Of a stretch of DNA of 58,123 nucleotides, positions 1 to 8,999 are shown piece by piece. Within the stretch, counting starts at the first letter, position 1. Each line of letters opens with the position of its first letter. The position numbers and the translations under genes are program-made. Source of the stretch: Christensenellales bacterium (GTDB taxonomy: Bacteria > Bacillota > Clostridia > Christensenellales > CAG-917); NCBI GenBank assembly GCA_051883555.1, contig JBJETY010000028.1, positions 1-58,123 of the forward strand, written 5' to 3'. Under the pieces are notes generated by a model. It was not told the origin of the DNA, searched no databases, and saw nothing but the letters and a program-made list of their open reading frames with translations.

Positions 1-110
1 CTCAAATATAAATACTCAAAAGTTGCCGAAAGTAGCACGAAAAAACGAATTTAATCCTATGATTACAAATAGGTTTTGCTTTAATCTGTTTATAAATTTT
101 TAAAAATAAA

Positions 111-160
111 ATATTCAAATCACGCATATTATATTCAAATCACGCATATTCAAATCGCAT
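111..160. repeat. 20-bp tandem duplication (ATATTCAAATCACGCATATT x2 plus partial copy)
   Basis: Identical units at 111-130 and 131-150, decayed copy to ~160. Confidence 0.9.
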
Positions 161-239
161 ACGTTTTAAACTCAACGAAAAAAGTCGGTTATAAATTATC
201 CGCCTAACTTACCGAACGAAAACGAATTTACAACGCCGG

Positions 240-435
240 TTAAAATAAACGTAAATGAAAAATGTAAATGCAATATGAACGTTAATATAAATGTAAAAGC
301 AATTTTAGATTAAAAGTGAAATTAAAAGTGAATATAAACGTAAAGCAAATATAAGTCTAAAAATAAAAGTAGTATAAATGTAAAAGCAAATTTAAAGGTA
401 AAAGTAAATACAAATTTAAACGTAAAATCAATAAA
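240..435. repeat. Degenerate hexamer-period AT-rich minisatellite
   Basis: Runs such as ATAAAT GTAAAA GCAAAT TTAAAG GTAAAA GTAAAT ACAAAT TTAAAC GTAAAA; frames interrupted by stops. Confidence 0.6.
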
Positions 436-454
436 TTATTAAATAAAAATCGTA

Positions 455-482
455 AAAGAAAAAATCCCCATAAGGGATTCTT
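455..482 (-). terminator. Probable intrinsic terminator of the mraZ-rsmH operon
   Basis: Minus strand GAATCCC-TTATG-GGGATTT followed by T-rich run, ~65 bp after stop at 547. Confidence 0.55.
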
Positions 483-546
483 TCCAAATTCTTAAAAAGA
501 ATTTAATTTGATTCAAGGTGTTAGGATTTTAATGTATTTTGCAGTA

Positions 547-1521
547 TTACATTTTTAACGAATCGCATAATCTGTCAAACCAGTTAGTATTGACTACGTA
601 TCCGTAATCGGAATACGCATATCCGTTCGAAGCCTCTACCCCTTCAAGCGATACGGAATAAGCACCGGTATCGGCACTCGTCACGGCCGTACCGGCATTT
701 ATACCGGCAGCGTTAACGATAATTAAAGTTGCCACCAGAACGATTACGGCAATATAAACGGCAAGAATAATTTTGCCTTTTACGTTTTTCGTTCTACCCT
801 TAGGCGACTTTGCGCCGGACATTTTCAGTCCGCGTCTAGGAGCTATAGCTCTCGGATTTTGTTCTCTTGTGGACGTATACGACAATCTGTCATACAACAA
901 ATCCATGTTTTCATTTGTATAATCTGAATTCATTTCACGGCGAGCATTTTCAAGGAATCTGTCGCCATTTCTATCGGCAAATCTATCGTCCGCACCGTTA
1001 TATCTGTAATCGGTGTATCCGTTATAGTTCGAAGAAGCATACTCATTGTTGTTTTGCTGTCTTCTAAGGTTCGCAAAAGCAGGGTCCTGACCAAAATAGT
1101 TGATTTCCCTTTCATCTGCGTTTCTTACGTTATTTTCATTTGTATACGGGGCGTTATAGCCGCCGTATCTGCTATCCGTATCCGAGTAACCGGCATTTGA
1201 ATAATTTTCGATATTGTTATATGCAGAAGAATACCTTGTTGCATAATCGTCGTAACCGTTTTCGCGTTCTGCATACTTAGGTTCGGCATACTCTCTGTTA
1301 TAGCGACCGTCGAAGCGTTCCTCCGTTTCATAACGTCTGAAATTGTTATGGTTATCGGCATAACGATTATCTTCGCGATATCCGTTTTGTCTAGGAGCAA
1401 ACTTTTGCTCGAATCTCTGCTCGAAATCGTTATAGCGTGACGGCGTATCGTCATAACTATCACGCATATCTCTTCTTGATTTTGTCTGGACGTCAAGAAC
1501 GTCTTGAATTGTCAATGACAT
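547..1521 (-). CDS. Membrane-anchored protein with long Y/N/D/R-rich low-complexity N-terminus, in the ftsL gene slot
   Basis: AAGGAGGG RBS before ATG at 1521; ~250 aa low-complexity region, one TM helix (IILAVYIAVIVLVATLIIV), ~50 aa tail; directly after rsmH. Confidence 0.75.
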   Translation of the reverse strand: MSLTIQDVLDVQTKSRRDMRDSYDDTPSRYNDFEQRFEQKFAPRQNGYREDNRYADNHNNFRRYETEERFDGRYNREYAEPKYAERENGYDDYATRYSSAYNNIENYSNAGYSDTDSRYGGYNAPYTNENNVRNADEREINYFGQDPAFANLRRQQNNNEYASSNYNGYTDYRYNGADDRFADRNGDRFLENARREMNSDYTNENMDLLYDRLSYTSTREQNPRAIAPRRGLKMSGAKSPKGRTKNVKGKIILAVYIAVIVLVATLIIVNAAGINAGTAVTSADTGAYSVSLEGVEASNGYAYSDYGYVVNTNWFDRLCDSLKM

Positions 1522-1534
1522 ATACACCCTCCTT

Positions 1535-2467
1535 TTAAACTCTTTCGGCTATTCTGAGTTTCGCGCTTTCCGCTCTGGAATTTAAGCTCAATTCTTCGTC
1601 AGACGCCGTAATCGGTTTTTTGTTTAATATTTTTATTTCCTGATGTTTACCGCATACGCATTTAGGTAAACTTTTATCGCAGATACAATCTGTTTCCAAA
1701 TCTTTAAAGCAAGTCTTTACTATTCTGTCTTCGAGCGAATGGAATGATATAATCGCAATTCTTCCGCCTTTTTGCAACTTTTTGGACAAAAACTCTACCG
1801 TGCTATATAATTCGTCGAGTTCGCCGTTGACTTCGATTCTGATTGCCTGAAAAGTTCTTTTTGCGGGATGTCCGTATTTCCATCTGAGTGACGGCGGATA
1901 GCACGCTTCGACGATTTTTGAAAGTTCCGTCGTCGTTCTTATGCTTTCTTTTGCCCTTACCGACGCTATACGCTCTGCAATACGTCTTGCAAATTTATCT
2001 TCTCCGTATTCGCTTATGATTTTTTCTAATTTAGAAACCGAATACTCGTTGACCACGTTGAATGCCGTCAGATATTGGTCCTGGTTCATTCTCATATCTA
2101 ACGGAGCGTCTTTCATATACGAAAAACCACGTTCAGAGTTATCAATCTGATAAGAAGAAACTCCAAGGTCAAGCAAAACTCCGTCAAGATTGTCCACCCC
2201 TGCTTTTTCAAGAATTCTCTCGGCGTTTTTAAAGTCATCGTGGATAAAAGTGATTTTATCTTTAAACTCCGATAACCTTTCGGCCGCAAACATAATTGCT
2301 TCGGCGTCTTTATCTACGCAAATAAGTCTGCCGTTAGTCAATTGCTTTGCTATTTCCAACGAATGGCCGCCACCGCCCAAAGTGCCGTCAAAATAAATGC
2401 CGTTCGGGTTGATATTAAGTCCGTTTATGCACTCGTTCAAAAGAACGGGGGTATGATTAAAGTCCAT
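1535..2467 (-). CDS. rsmH: 16S rRNA m4C1402 methyltransferase RsmH (MraW)
   Basis: HTPVLL, DGTLGGGGHS, DLGVSSYQID, RGFSY, PLDMRM, FQAIRIEVN, ISFHSLEDRIVK, SRAESAKLR. Confidence 0.98.
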   Translation of the reverse strand: MDFNHTPVLLNECINGLNINPNGIYFDGTLGGGGHSLEIAKQLTNGRLICVDKDAEAIMFAAERLSEFKDKITFIHDDFKNAERILEKAGVDNLDGVLLDLGVSSYQIDNSERGFSYMKDAPLDMRMNQDQYLTAFNVVNEYSVSKLEKIISEYGEDKFARRIAERIASVRAKESIRTTTELSKIVEACYPPSLRWKYGHPAKRTFQAIRIEVNGELDELYSTVEFLSKKLQKGGRIAIISFHSLEDRIVKTCFKDLETDCICDKSLPKCVCGKHQEIKILNKKPITASDEELSLNSRAESAKLRIAERV

Positions 2468-2903
2468 ATTTCTTCAATTTTTCAATCATTGCGCTGAGAT
2501 TGCTCTTTTCAAGAACGGAGAATTTACGTTCCCAAGTTTCAGCCGCCCAAATTTCGATATAATCGAACTTACCTACAAAAACGATGTCCTTGTTTATCTG
2601 AGCCATCTTTTTTAAATCGGAAGGCAACGTTATTCTGCCCTGAGCGTCCTCTTTAAGCTCGCTGGTATGGCTAAGCAAAAAAGTCGTCGGGTCTTGACCG
2701 TCGCTGTCGAATATAGATATATTCGCACGGCTTTTTTCCATCATTTCTTTTGCTCTTTGCTCAGGTAAAAGTAAAATACAGTCATTGTCTGCCGGAACGA
2801 AATACAAAGGACCCTGCAAACTGTCTTTATACTTTGCAGGTATTCTAGTCCTGTTTTTTTCATCAATGCTATGACGAATGTATCCCGTTAATATCCCTGA
2901 CAT
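2457..2903 (-). CDS. mraZ: Division/cell wall cluster transcriptional repressor MraZ
   Basis: Two DxxxR motifs (IDEKNR, EDAQGRI), IEIWA, 148 aa, overlaps rsmH start. Confidence 0.95.
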   Translation of the reverse strand: MSGILTGYIRHSIDEKNRTRIPAKYKDSLQGPLYFVPADNDCILLLPEQRAKEMMEKSRANISIFDSDGQDPTTFLLSHTSELKEDAQGRITLPSDLKKMAQINKDIVFVGKFDYIEIWAAETWERKFSVLEKSNLSAMIEKLKKYGL

Positions 2904-2932
2904 ATTTCACCTTTTGATACCTTAGTGACATT

Positions 2933-2965
2933 ATACTATCACGAATTTTGACCACCGTCAACCAC
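2933..2965 (-). promoter_or_regulatory. SigA-type mraZ promoter with MraZ-box-like GTGGT repeats
   Basis: TTGACG (2961-2956), 17 bp, TG-n-TAGTAT (2938-2933); GTGGT twice, 10 bp apart (2965-2961, 2955-2951), resembling the GTGG repeats bound by MraZ. Confidence 0.75.
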
Positions 2966-3039
2966 TTTTTAAAAAAATCGCTATATCCCTTTATCCATAC
3001 GGTTTATAGCAATTCGAAAAATTTTTTTTAAAATTTTTT

Positions 3040-3090
3040 TAGTTTATTTGTAAATTATATTAGTTTACATATATACTTTATTAGTTTACA
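3040..3090. repeat. Three TAGTTTA motifs at 21-bp spacing
   Basis: Starts at 3040, 3061, 3082; the last two extend to TAGTTTACA. Confidence 0.6.
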
Positions 3091-3483
3091 AGTATATTAA
3101 ATTTAAATCTACGCTAAATTATTAAAAAAAATTAAGCTTTTTCTATTAAATCGGAAGCAGAAAACAAAACGAACAAGCATAAAACGACTAGTTTTTCAAT
3201 TTAGTGGTCAAAATCTTAACATGGTTTTGAATATAAAACGATTATGCCGATTTTTAAACTTTTATTAAATTTAAAAGCATTTTATTAAATTTAAAATACA
3301 TTCTGAATACGTTCTGAAATTTTCTTTTGTAATTTTTTGTAAAAACGCGAGAAAATGCGTATTATACCGAAAAGATTTATCGTAAAACCATTTAACGTAT
3401 AAGCATATCCAAGCCGTTTAGCCGTTTTTTATAAGCAACTTAACCACCGTTATAAAACGTATAAAACAAATAGGAATTTAAAA

Positions 3484-3650
3484 ACATATTTAAGAGATTT
3501 TAAAGCATATTTAATATCATAAATGATATTTAAAATTATATTTGAATCCATATTTGAATTCACAATTTAATTCATATTTTAATTCATTTTTTAATTCATA
3601 TTTTAATTCATATTTAAAAATATATTTAAAGTGTATTTTAAAACATTTTT
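3484..3650. repeat. 12-bp-period minisatellite (CATATTTTAATT-like)
   Basis: catatttgaatt/cacaatttaatt/catattttaatt/cattttttaatt/catattttaatt/catatttaaaaa with decayed flanks. Confidence 0.8.
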
Positions 3651-3692
3651 TATAGCGAACGTATAACTTACAAATTTAAGGCAAAATTTTGA

Positions 3693-3720
3693 AACCTTTG
3701 CAATCAAACTACATATATTA
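3693..3720 (+). promoter_or_regulatory. SigK-like (late mother-cell) promoter
   Basis: AC (3694-3695), 16 bp, CATATATTA (3712-3720) matches AC-N16/17-CATANNNTA; AGGAGG RBS follows. Confidence 0.55.
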
Positions 3721-3742
3721 AATTAGAACAGGAGGTACGTTT

Positions 3743-4399
3743 ATGTCATTTTGCAATTGTAATGGCGATAAAATTCCGGGGGCAATAAGCGGAAATCCGC
3801 TTTATGGCCTTTGCGAAAAAGCATGTATACAGGTCAACAGAGTGTTTGATGCCTGTATGACCCAATCGTCAAACGAGCAAGTTACGCTCGCCTTATCAAA
3901 TCTTACACCGTCCGACCCTACCACTCCGCTTACCTTTGTCAGCGCCGTATCCAGCTCGACAAAAGGAACTTTAAGCGGCGTTACGGTTACTCCTTTAACC
4001 GACAGACCGGGTTACTCTCGAGTACAAGCAACGGTAACGATTCCTATCGAAGTTATCTATGCCGACGCAAACGGAACGGCAGGCAAAGCTACGTCAAGCT
4101 ATACGACGTCGTTGGACGTTGTTTTATGCGTACCGGACAATTCGGTTATACCTGTAACGATAGACAGCACCGTAAATTTTGTCGCACTGCACGGCACCTA
4201 TCAGGAATCGAATGCGTTTGTAGTTGCGGCGTGTTCTACGGTAATACTTAAAGTCGTTGCGGAAGTTGAACTCTTAGTCCCGACATACGGATACCCGCAA
4301 ATTCCGACTTGCCAACCTTATTCGGAAGAAGTATGTTCGGGAGTTTTCGATTTACCACTTTTCCCGAGCGGCGGAAATTTCACAACCAACAATAGCTGA
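3743..4399 (+). CDS. Cys-rich putative spore coat/exosporium protein
   Basis: N-terminal CEKACIQVNRVFDAC resembles the CIxVxKVYD motif of coat-type proteins; beta-rich; SigK-like promoter; strong RBS. Confidence 0.55.
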   Translation: MSFCNCNGDKIPGAISGNPLYGLCEKACIQVNRVFDACMTQSSNEQVTLALSNLTPSDPTTPLTFVSAVSSSTKGTLSGVTVTPLTDRPGYSRVQATVTIPIEVIYADANGTAGKATSSYTTSLDVVLCVPDNSVIPVTIDSTVNFVALHGTYQESNAFVVAACSTVILKVVAEVELLVPTYGYPQIPTCQPYSEEVCSGVFDLPLFPSGGNFTTNNS

Positions 4400-4447
4400 C
4401 GGCAGTACCTACTGTCAAAAAAAGGAGCATATTGCACCTTTTGCCAC

Positions 4448-4480
4448 AAAAAGAGAAACTCATTATGGGTTTCTCTTTTT
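4448..4480 (+). terminator. Intrinsic terminator
   Basis: AAAAAGAGAAACTCA-TTA-TGGGTTTCTCTTTTT. Confidence 0.85.
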
Positions 4481-4531
4481 TAACCATTTTTTAAAACTTT
4501 TTTACCCTTTTCAAACATCATTTATATTGAG

Positions 4532-4560
4532 TTGCCTGAAAAAACAAATTATGTTAATAT
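4532..4560 (+). promoter_or_regulatory. SigA-type promoter, predicted leaderless start
   Basis: TTGCCT, 17 bp, TG-n-TAATAT, then 6 nt to ATG 4567; no SD. Confidence 0.6.
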
Positions 4561-4566
4561 ATTTTT

Positions 4567-5259
4567 ATGAAAATTTTTGCAATAAGCGATTTACATTTAT
4601 CCACCGCCGTAGAAAAGCCAATGGACGTATTCGGCACCGAATGGACGGGACATTTCGATAAAATTAAAACAGACTGGAATAATAAAGTCGCCGACGAAGA
4701 CCTTGTATTGTTGGGCGGAGACACTTCATGGGGGTCAAATCTTGACGAGGCTGAGGCAGACCTTATTCAACTTAAAGAACTAAAAGGCAGAAAAATTCTA
4801 TTGAAAGGGAATCACGATTATTGGTGGAATTCTTTGAGCAAAATTTCATCGAGATTCCCCTACCTTGATTTTTTACAAAATAACTGCTTTGCTTTCGACG
4901 ATTTTATAATTTGCGGCACTCGCGGTTGGGGAATCATAACCGAAAATTCTCCGGATGAAGACAAGAAAATCTTTGAGCGTGAATTGCAAAGACTTGAATT
5001 ATCTATAAAATCCGCACTCGAAAAAAGAAAAAACAATCAAAAATTAATAGCGCTATTGCACTTTCCGCCTTTTGACGCAGATTTTAAAGACACAAGGGTT
5101 ACAAACCTTATTGAGAGCTACGGAATTGACAAAGTTTTATACGGTCATCTGCACGGAAAAGACGTTCGCATTAAACCGTCTTTTGTCAAAAACGGAACTG
5201 AATATATCCTTACTTCATGCGACCTTATAGATTTTAAACTTGTTGAGGTGAAATTATGA
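4567..5259 (+). CDS. Calcineurin-like metallophosphoesterase
   Basis: DLH, GGD, GNHD, LH, GHLH metal-binding motifs. Confidence 0.9.
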   Translation: MKIFAISDLHLSTAVEKPMDVFGTEWTGHFDKIKTDWNNKVADEDLVLLGGDTSWGSNLDEAEADLIQLKELKGRKILLKGNHDYWWNSLSKISSRFPYLDFLQNNCFAFDDFIICGTRGWGIITENSPDEDKKIFERELQRLELSIKSALEKRKNNQKLIALLHFPPFDADFKDTRVTNLIESYGIDKVLYGHLHGKDVRIKPSFVKNGTEYILTSCDLIDFKLVEVKL

Positions 5260-5840
5260 TTAAACAAGCTAAATTCATATTGTCGGTTGCCGACAAAAAG
5301 AATATACCGGACTACAACGTACCGGAAATTGCAATAGCGGGAAAATCTAACGTCGGTAAATCAAGTTTAATAAATTATTTAACAAACCAGAAAAAACTTG
5401 CAAAAACGTCTTCCGAACCGGGACGAACAAGACTTTTAAATTATTTTCAAATTAACAACGGCGAATATTATTTTGTAGATTTGCCGGGCTACGGTTTTGC
5501 AAAAGTTTCTAAAACGGAGAAAGCGAAATGGGGCGACCTGATTGAAACCTATCTGTCCGCTTCGCCGAATCTGAAAAACGTATTCGTATTGCTCGATATA
5601 CGACACGAACCCACGCAAGACGACCTTACCATGATTGACTATCTATACAAAACAAGCACCCCGTTTACGTTGATAGCGACAAAGGCCGATAAGCTAAGCA
5701 AACAACAAACAAGAAAAGCGCTTATGACGATTTCAAGCGTAACAGGCGTCGGCGTCGACAATATAATCGTCACTTCGGTTCAGGCACGCGTCGGAAAAGA
5801 TGAAATTGAAAAGCGAATCGACCAGATACTATCAAACTGA
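5256..5840 (+). CDS. engB: Ribosome biogenesis GTPase YsxC/EngB
   Basis: GKSNVGKSSLIN, TSSEPGRT, DLPGYG, TKADK; ATGA overlap with upstream gene. Confidence 0.96.
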   Translation: MIKQAKFILSVADKKNIPDYNVPEIAIAGKSNVGKSSLINYLTNQKKLAKTSSEPGRTRLLNYFQINNGEYYFVDLPGYGFAKVSKTEKAKWGDLIETYLSASPNLKNVFVLLDIRHEPTQDDLTMIDYLYKTSTPFTLIATKADKLSKQQTRKALMTISSVTGVGVDNIIVTSVQARVGKDEIEKRIDQILSN

Positions 5841-6150
5841 CTTTAAATTTGCACAATTAAAAATCATAAACATTTTTATACAAACAGTTTATGCCATAGC
5901 AATAAAAACTTATAAAGCCGCCTTAAAATCAGAAATTCAGGATATTGCATTTCTATGAGTTATTGATTTCTATGAGGGCGGTTTTTTAAATTTTAAATAC
6001 AAAATTCTCAATCTTATAATTGCGGCTTAAATTATTTATTAATGTATAAAATTTATTGGAACTATCAATTTATAATATTATAATTTTTGAAATGATGTAA
6101 ATTTAAAACATATAAATTTGAATATATAAATTTTAGTTGAAAATTTAAAA

Positions 6151-6240
6151 TAGAATTAATTTTGATTAATAATTTAAATTTTAGAATTAATTTTGATTAA
6201 TAATTTAAATTTTAGAATTAATTTTTATTATTAATTTAAA
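6151..6240. repeat. ~31-bp tandem repeat x3 in an extremely AT-rich spacer
   Basis: TAGAATTAATTTT(T)GATTAATAATTTAAATT(T) at 6151, 6182, 6213 (third degenerate). Confidence 0.85.
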
Positions 6241-6583
6241 TTTACAAATTAAACGTTTAAATATAGAATTAAATTTTTATTATTTTTTAAACTGTTAAAC
6301 TTAGAAAATACTAATTTTTAAGATTACTAAAATTATAATCAATAAATTTATAAATTATTTAATACATTGATAGATTAAATAGACCAAATAGATTAATTAA
6401 TTAAATGAATTAATAAGATTAATTAATTAAATTAATTAAATAAATTAATTAAAATAATTTATTCAATTTATCATTCTAAATTTAAATTACCTATAATTTA
6501 AATTATAAAACATACTTAATATTGCATACTTAATAAAAAATATTTAAATATAAAATATTTGAATTTAAAACGTATTATAAAAA

Positions 6584-6609
6584 TAAAAGGACGGATAACC
6601 GTCCTTTTA
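6584..6609. terminator. Bidirectional terminator downstream of lon
   Basis: TAAAAGGACGG-ATAA-CCGTCCTTTTA. Confidence 0.85.
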
Positions 6610-6685
6610 GCTTTTAAAATTATTTAACTTACACTATTATGCGATTTTAAGACTTTAAACGTAATAACAAATTTTAAAATTTATT

Positions 6686-8992
6686 TCACATATCCGATGA
6701 TATCGCTATATCAAACACCTGATTTACGTTGCTTACGAAGTCAACCTTTACAGAATCCAAAATACATTGCGGAATTTCTTCTATATCCTTTCGGTTTTCT
6801 TCAGGAACTATAACTTCCAATACGTTTGCTCTGTGCGATGCAAGAAGCTTTTCTTTAAGTCCGCCGATAGGAAGCACTCTGCCGCGTAAGGTTATTTCGC
6901 CCGTCATTGATATATCTGCACGAACTTTTTTACCCGTCAAAGCCGAATAAATTGCAGTTGCAAGCGTTATACCGGCAGACGGTCCGTCTTTTGGAGTTGC
7001 TCCTTCAGGCAAATGAACGTGAATATCTTTTGTCGTAAATATCGACTTATCTATGCCGAGCCTTTCTGCATTAGCTTTTAAATACGTCAATGCAGCACGG
7101 CCCGATTCTTTCAATACGTCACCCAACGAGCCTGTCAGAATAAGTTCGCCCTTTCCCTCCATAACGGAAACTTCGATATTTAGCAACGTTCCGCCATAAG
7201 CAGTCCAGGCAAGTCCGGTTGCCGTTCCCACTTCGTCGGCAGGCAATTTTTTATCCTTCACGGTTTTCGGAATTCCTAAAAATTCTTTCAGGTTTTCTTT
7301 TGTTACAAAAACTTTGCTATCTTTGCCTTCAACTATTTTACGAGCCGCTCTGCGCATTATCTGAGCAATTTCTTTTTCAAGTTGACGAACGCCCGCTTCA
7401 TGAGTGTATAAAGAAATTACGTCTTCAACGACTCCCTCTTCGATTTCGACCTGTTCAGACGACAAACCGCAGTTCTCAAGTTGTTTTCTGATAAGATGCC
7501 TTTTGGCGATTTCCGCTTTTTCAATAGGCGTATATCCGCTCATTTCTATAACTTCCATTCTATCCAAAAGCGGTGCCGGAATGCTCTCCATTGAATTTGC
7601 AGTAGTGATAAAAATTACGTCTTTTAGATTAAACGGAATTTCAAGATAGTTATCACGGAAAGTATCGTTCATTTCCGGGTCAAGAACTTCAAGAAGCGCA
7701 GCGGACGGATCTCCGCGATAATCTTTTGCAAGCTTGTCTATTTCGTCAAGCAAAAATACGGGATTCATCGTTCCGCTCTGTTTTATCGTGCTTATAATTC
7801 TACCAGGCATGGCGCCGATATAAGTTTTGCGGTGTCCTCTGATTTCTGCTTCATCGTGAACGCCGCCAAGACTCATTCTGACGTATGCTCTGTCCAGACT
7901 GTCGGCAATCGACCTAACGATTGTAGTTTTACCGACGCCCGGAGGACCGACAAAACATAAAATCGGTTCTCTATGATTCTTACTCATTGCATGCACGGCT
8001 AAAAATTCAAGTATTCTGTCTTTGATTTTATCCAAACCGAAATGGTCACGGTCTAAAATAGATTTAGCCTTAATTAAATCCGAACTGTCCTCGGTGTAAA
8101 TTCCCCACGGTAAATCGAGAACAAAATCAAGATAGTTTCTGATTAAATTAAAATCCGCCGAACTTGGTTGCATCCTTGCCGATTTTTCCAAATCCTTTTG
8201 CAATTTTAGAATATACTCTTCGTCTATAGGCAGATTATTAATTTTGTTTTTATAATCTTCAAAGTCATCGTCACCGCCAAGCTCTTTTTGAATAACGTTC
8301 ATTTTTTCACGAAGATAAGTTTCTTTCTGAGCTTTTTCAAAAGAATTTTTAACCTTCAAAGTTATTCGCCTGTCGATTTTTGCGATTTCAATATCGCGAT
8401 TAATTGTAACCAAAAGATTTTCAAGCATAATCTGCAAACTTGGTTCGCTAATCTGTTTTAACGCCTCTTCATACGGCAGATATGCGTTTACAGCGTTTAC
8501 CAAATCAAGTTTTACACATTTATCCTTGTCGATATCTAAAACAACGTCGGCTAAAAAAGTATCCTGAACGCTTTCTTTATCATTTAAAAATTCAAGCAAT
8601 TTATTGTAAAGAGCGTCGGTTTCGACGCCGCTCAAATCTTTTTCAATAAAATCTTCCACTTCTGCTTCATCGTACGACTCGCCGCGAATTACGTCCGCAA
8701 CGGTTACTCGTCTGATTCCGGCAACGTACAAATTGTAAATTCCGTTTTCTTCGACTGATTCACAAATTGTAGCTACAACGCCTACGCCGTGATAAATAGG
8801 AGTCTGCCCCGCTTTCATATCATAGTTATATTGCGGAACAAGCAAAACGTTTAACCCGTTAGATATAACGTGTTTTGCAACGGCAATAGACTTCTTTCTC
8901 ACAAGCGAAAGTTTAGTAAATTGTCCCGGAAAGATAACCATCCTGCGAAGCGGCAGGATGGGAAAAATTTGTTTTGAATTCTGATTCATCAT
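6686..8992 (-). CDS. lon: ATP-dependent Lon protease
   Basis: Walker A GPPGVGKT, LLDEIDK, catalytic DGPSAG and PIGGLKEK. Confidence 0.97.
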   Translation of the reverse strand: MMNQNSKQIFPILPLRRMVIFPGQFTKLSLVRKKSIAVAKHVISNGLNVLLVPQYNYDMKAGQTPIYHGVGVVATICESVEENGIYNLYVAGIRRVTVADVIRGESYDEAEVEDFIEKDLSGVETDALYNKLLEFLNDKESVQDTFLADVVLDIDKDKCVKLDLVNAVNAYLPYEEALKQISEPSLQIMLENLLVTINRDIEIAKIDRRITLKVKNSFEKAQKETYLREKMNVIQKELGGDDDFEDYKNKINNLPIDEEYILKLQKDLEKSARMQPSSADFNLIRNYLDFVLDLPWGIYTEDSSDLIKAKSILDRDHFGLDKIKDRILEFLAVHAMSKNHREPILCFVGPPGVGKTTIVRSIADSLDRAYVRMSLGGVHDEAEIRGHRKTYIGAMPGRIISTIKQSGTMNPVFLLDEIDKLAKDYRGDPSAALLEVLDPEMNDTFRDNYLEIPFNLKDVIFITTANSMESIPAPLLDRMEVIEMSGYTPIEKAEIAKRHLIRKQLENCGLSSEQVEIEEGVVEDVISLYTHEAGVRQLEKEIAQIMRRAARKIVEGKDSKVFVTKENLKEFLGIPKTVKDKKLPADEVGTATGLAWTAYGGTLLNIEVSVMEGKGELILTGSLGDVLKESGRAALTYLKANAERLGIDKSIFTTKDIHVHLPEGATPKDGPSAGITLATAIYSALTGKKVRADISMTGEITLRGRVLPIGGLKEKLLASHRANVLEVIVPEENRKDIEEIPQCILDSVKVDFVSNVNQVFDIAISSDM

Positions 8993-8999
8993 TACCTCA

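Noticed and set aside
3062-3089. dif-like site (minus strand ends ATATGTAAACT, 10/11 to the B. subtilis XerD arm)
   Set aside because: The XerC arm matches only ~4/11, the motif is part of the 21-bp repeat, and gene orientation does not switch here
6151-6240. CRISPR-like ~31-bp repeats (also 30-bp repeats at 14281)
   Set aside because: Units are head-to-tail with no unique spacers, and no cas genes are present
5990-6580. Replication origin or DNA-unwinding element
   Set aside because: No dnaA/dnaN neighbourhood or DnaA-box cluster; many similar AT-rich spacers occur in the window
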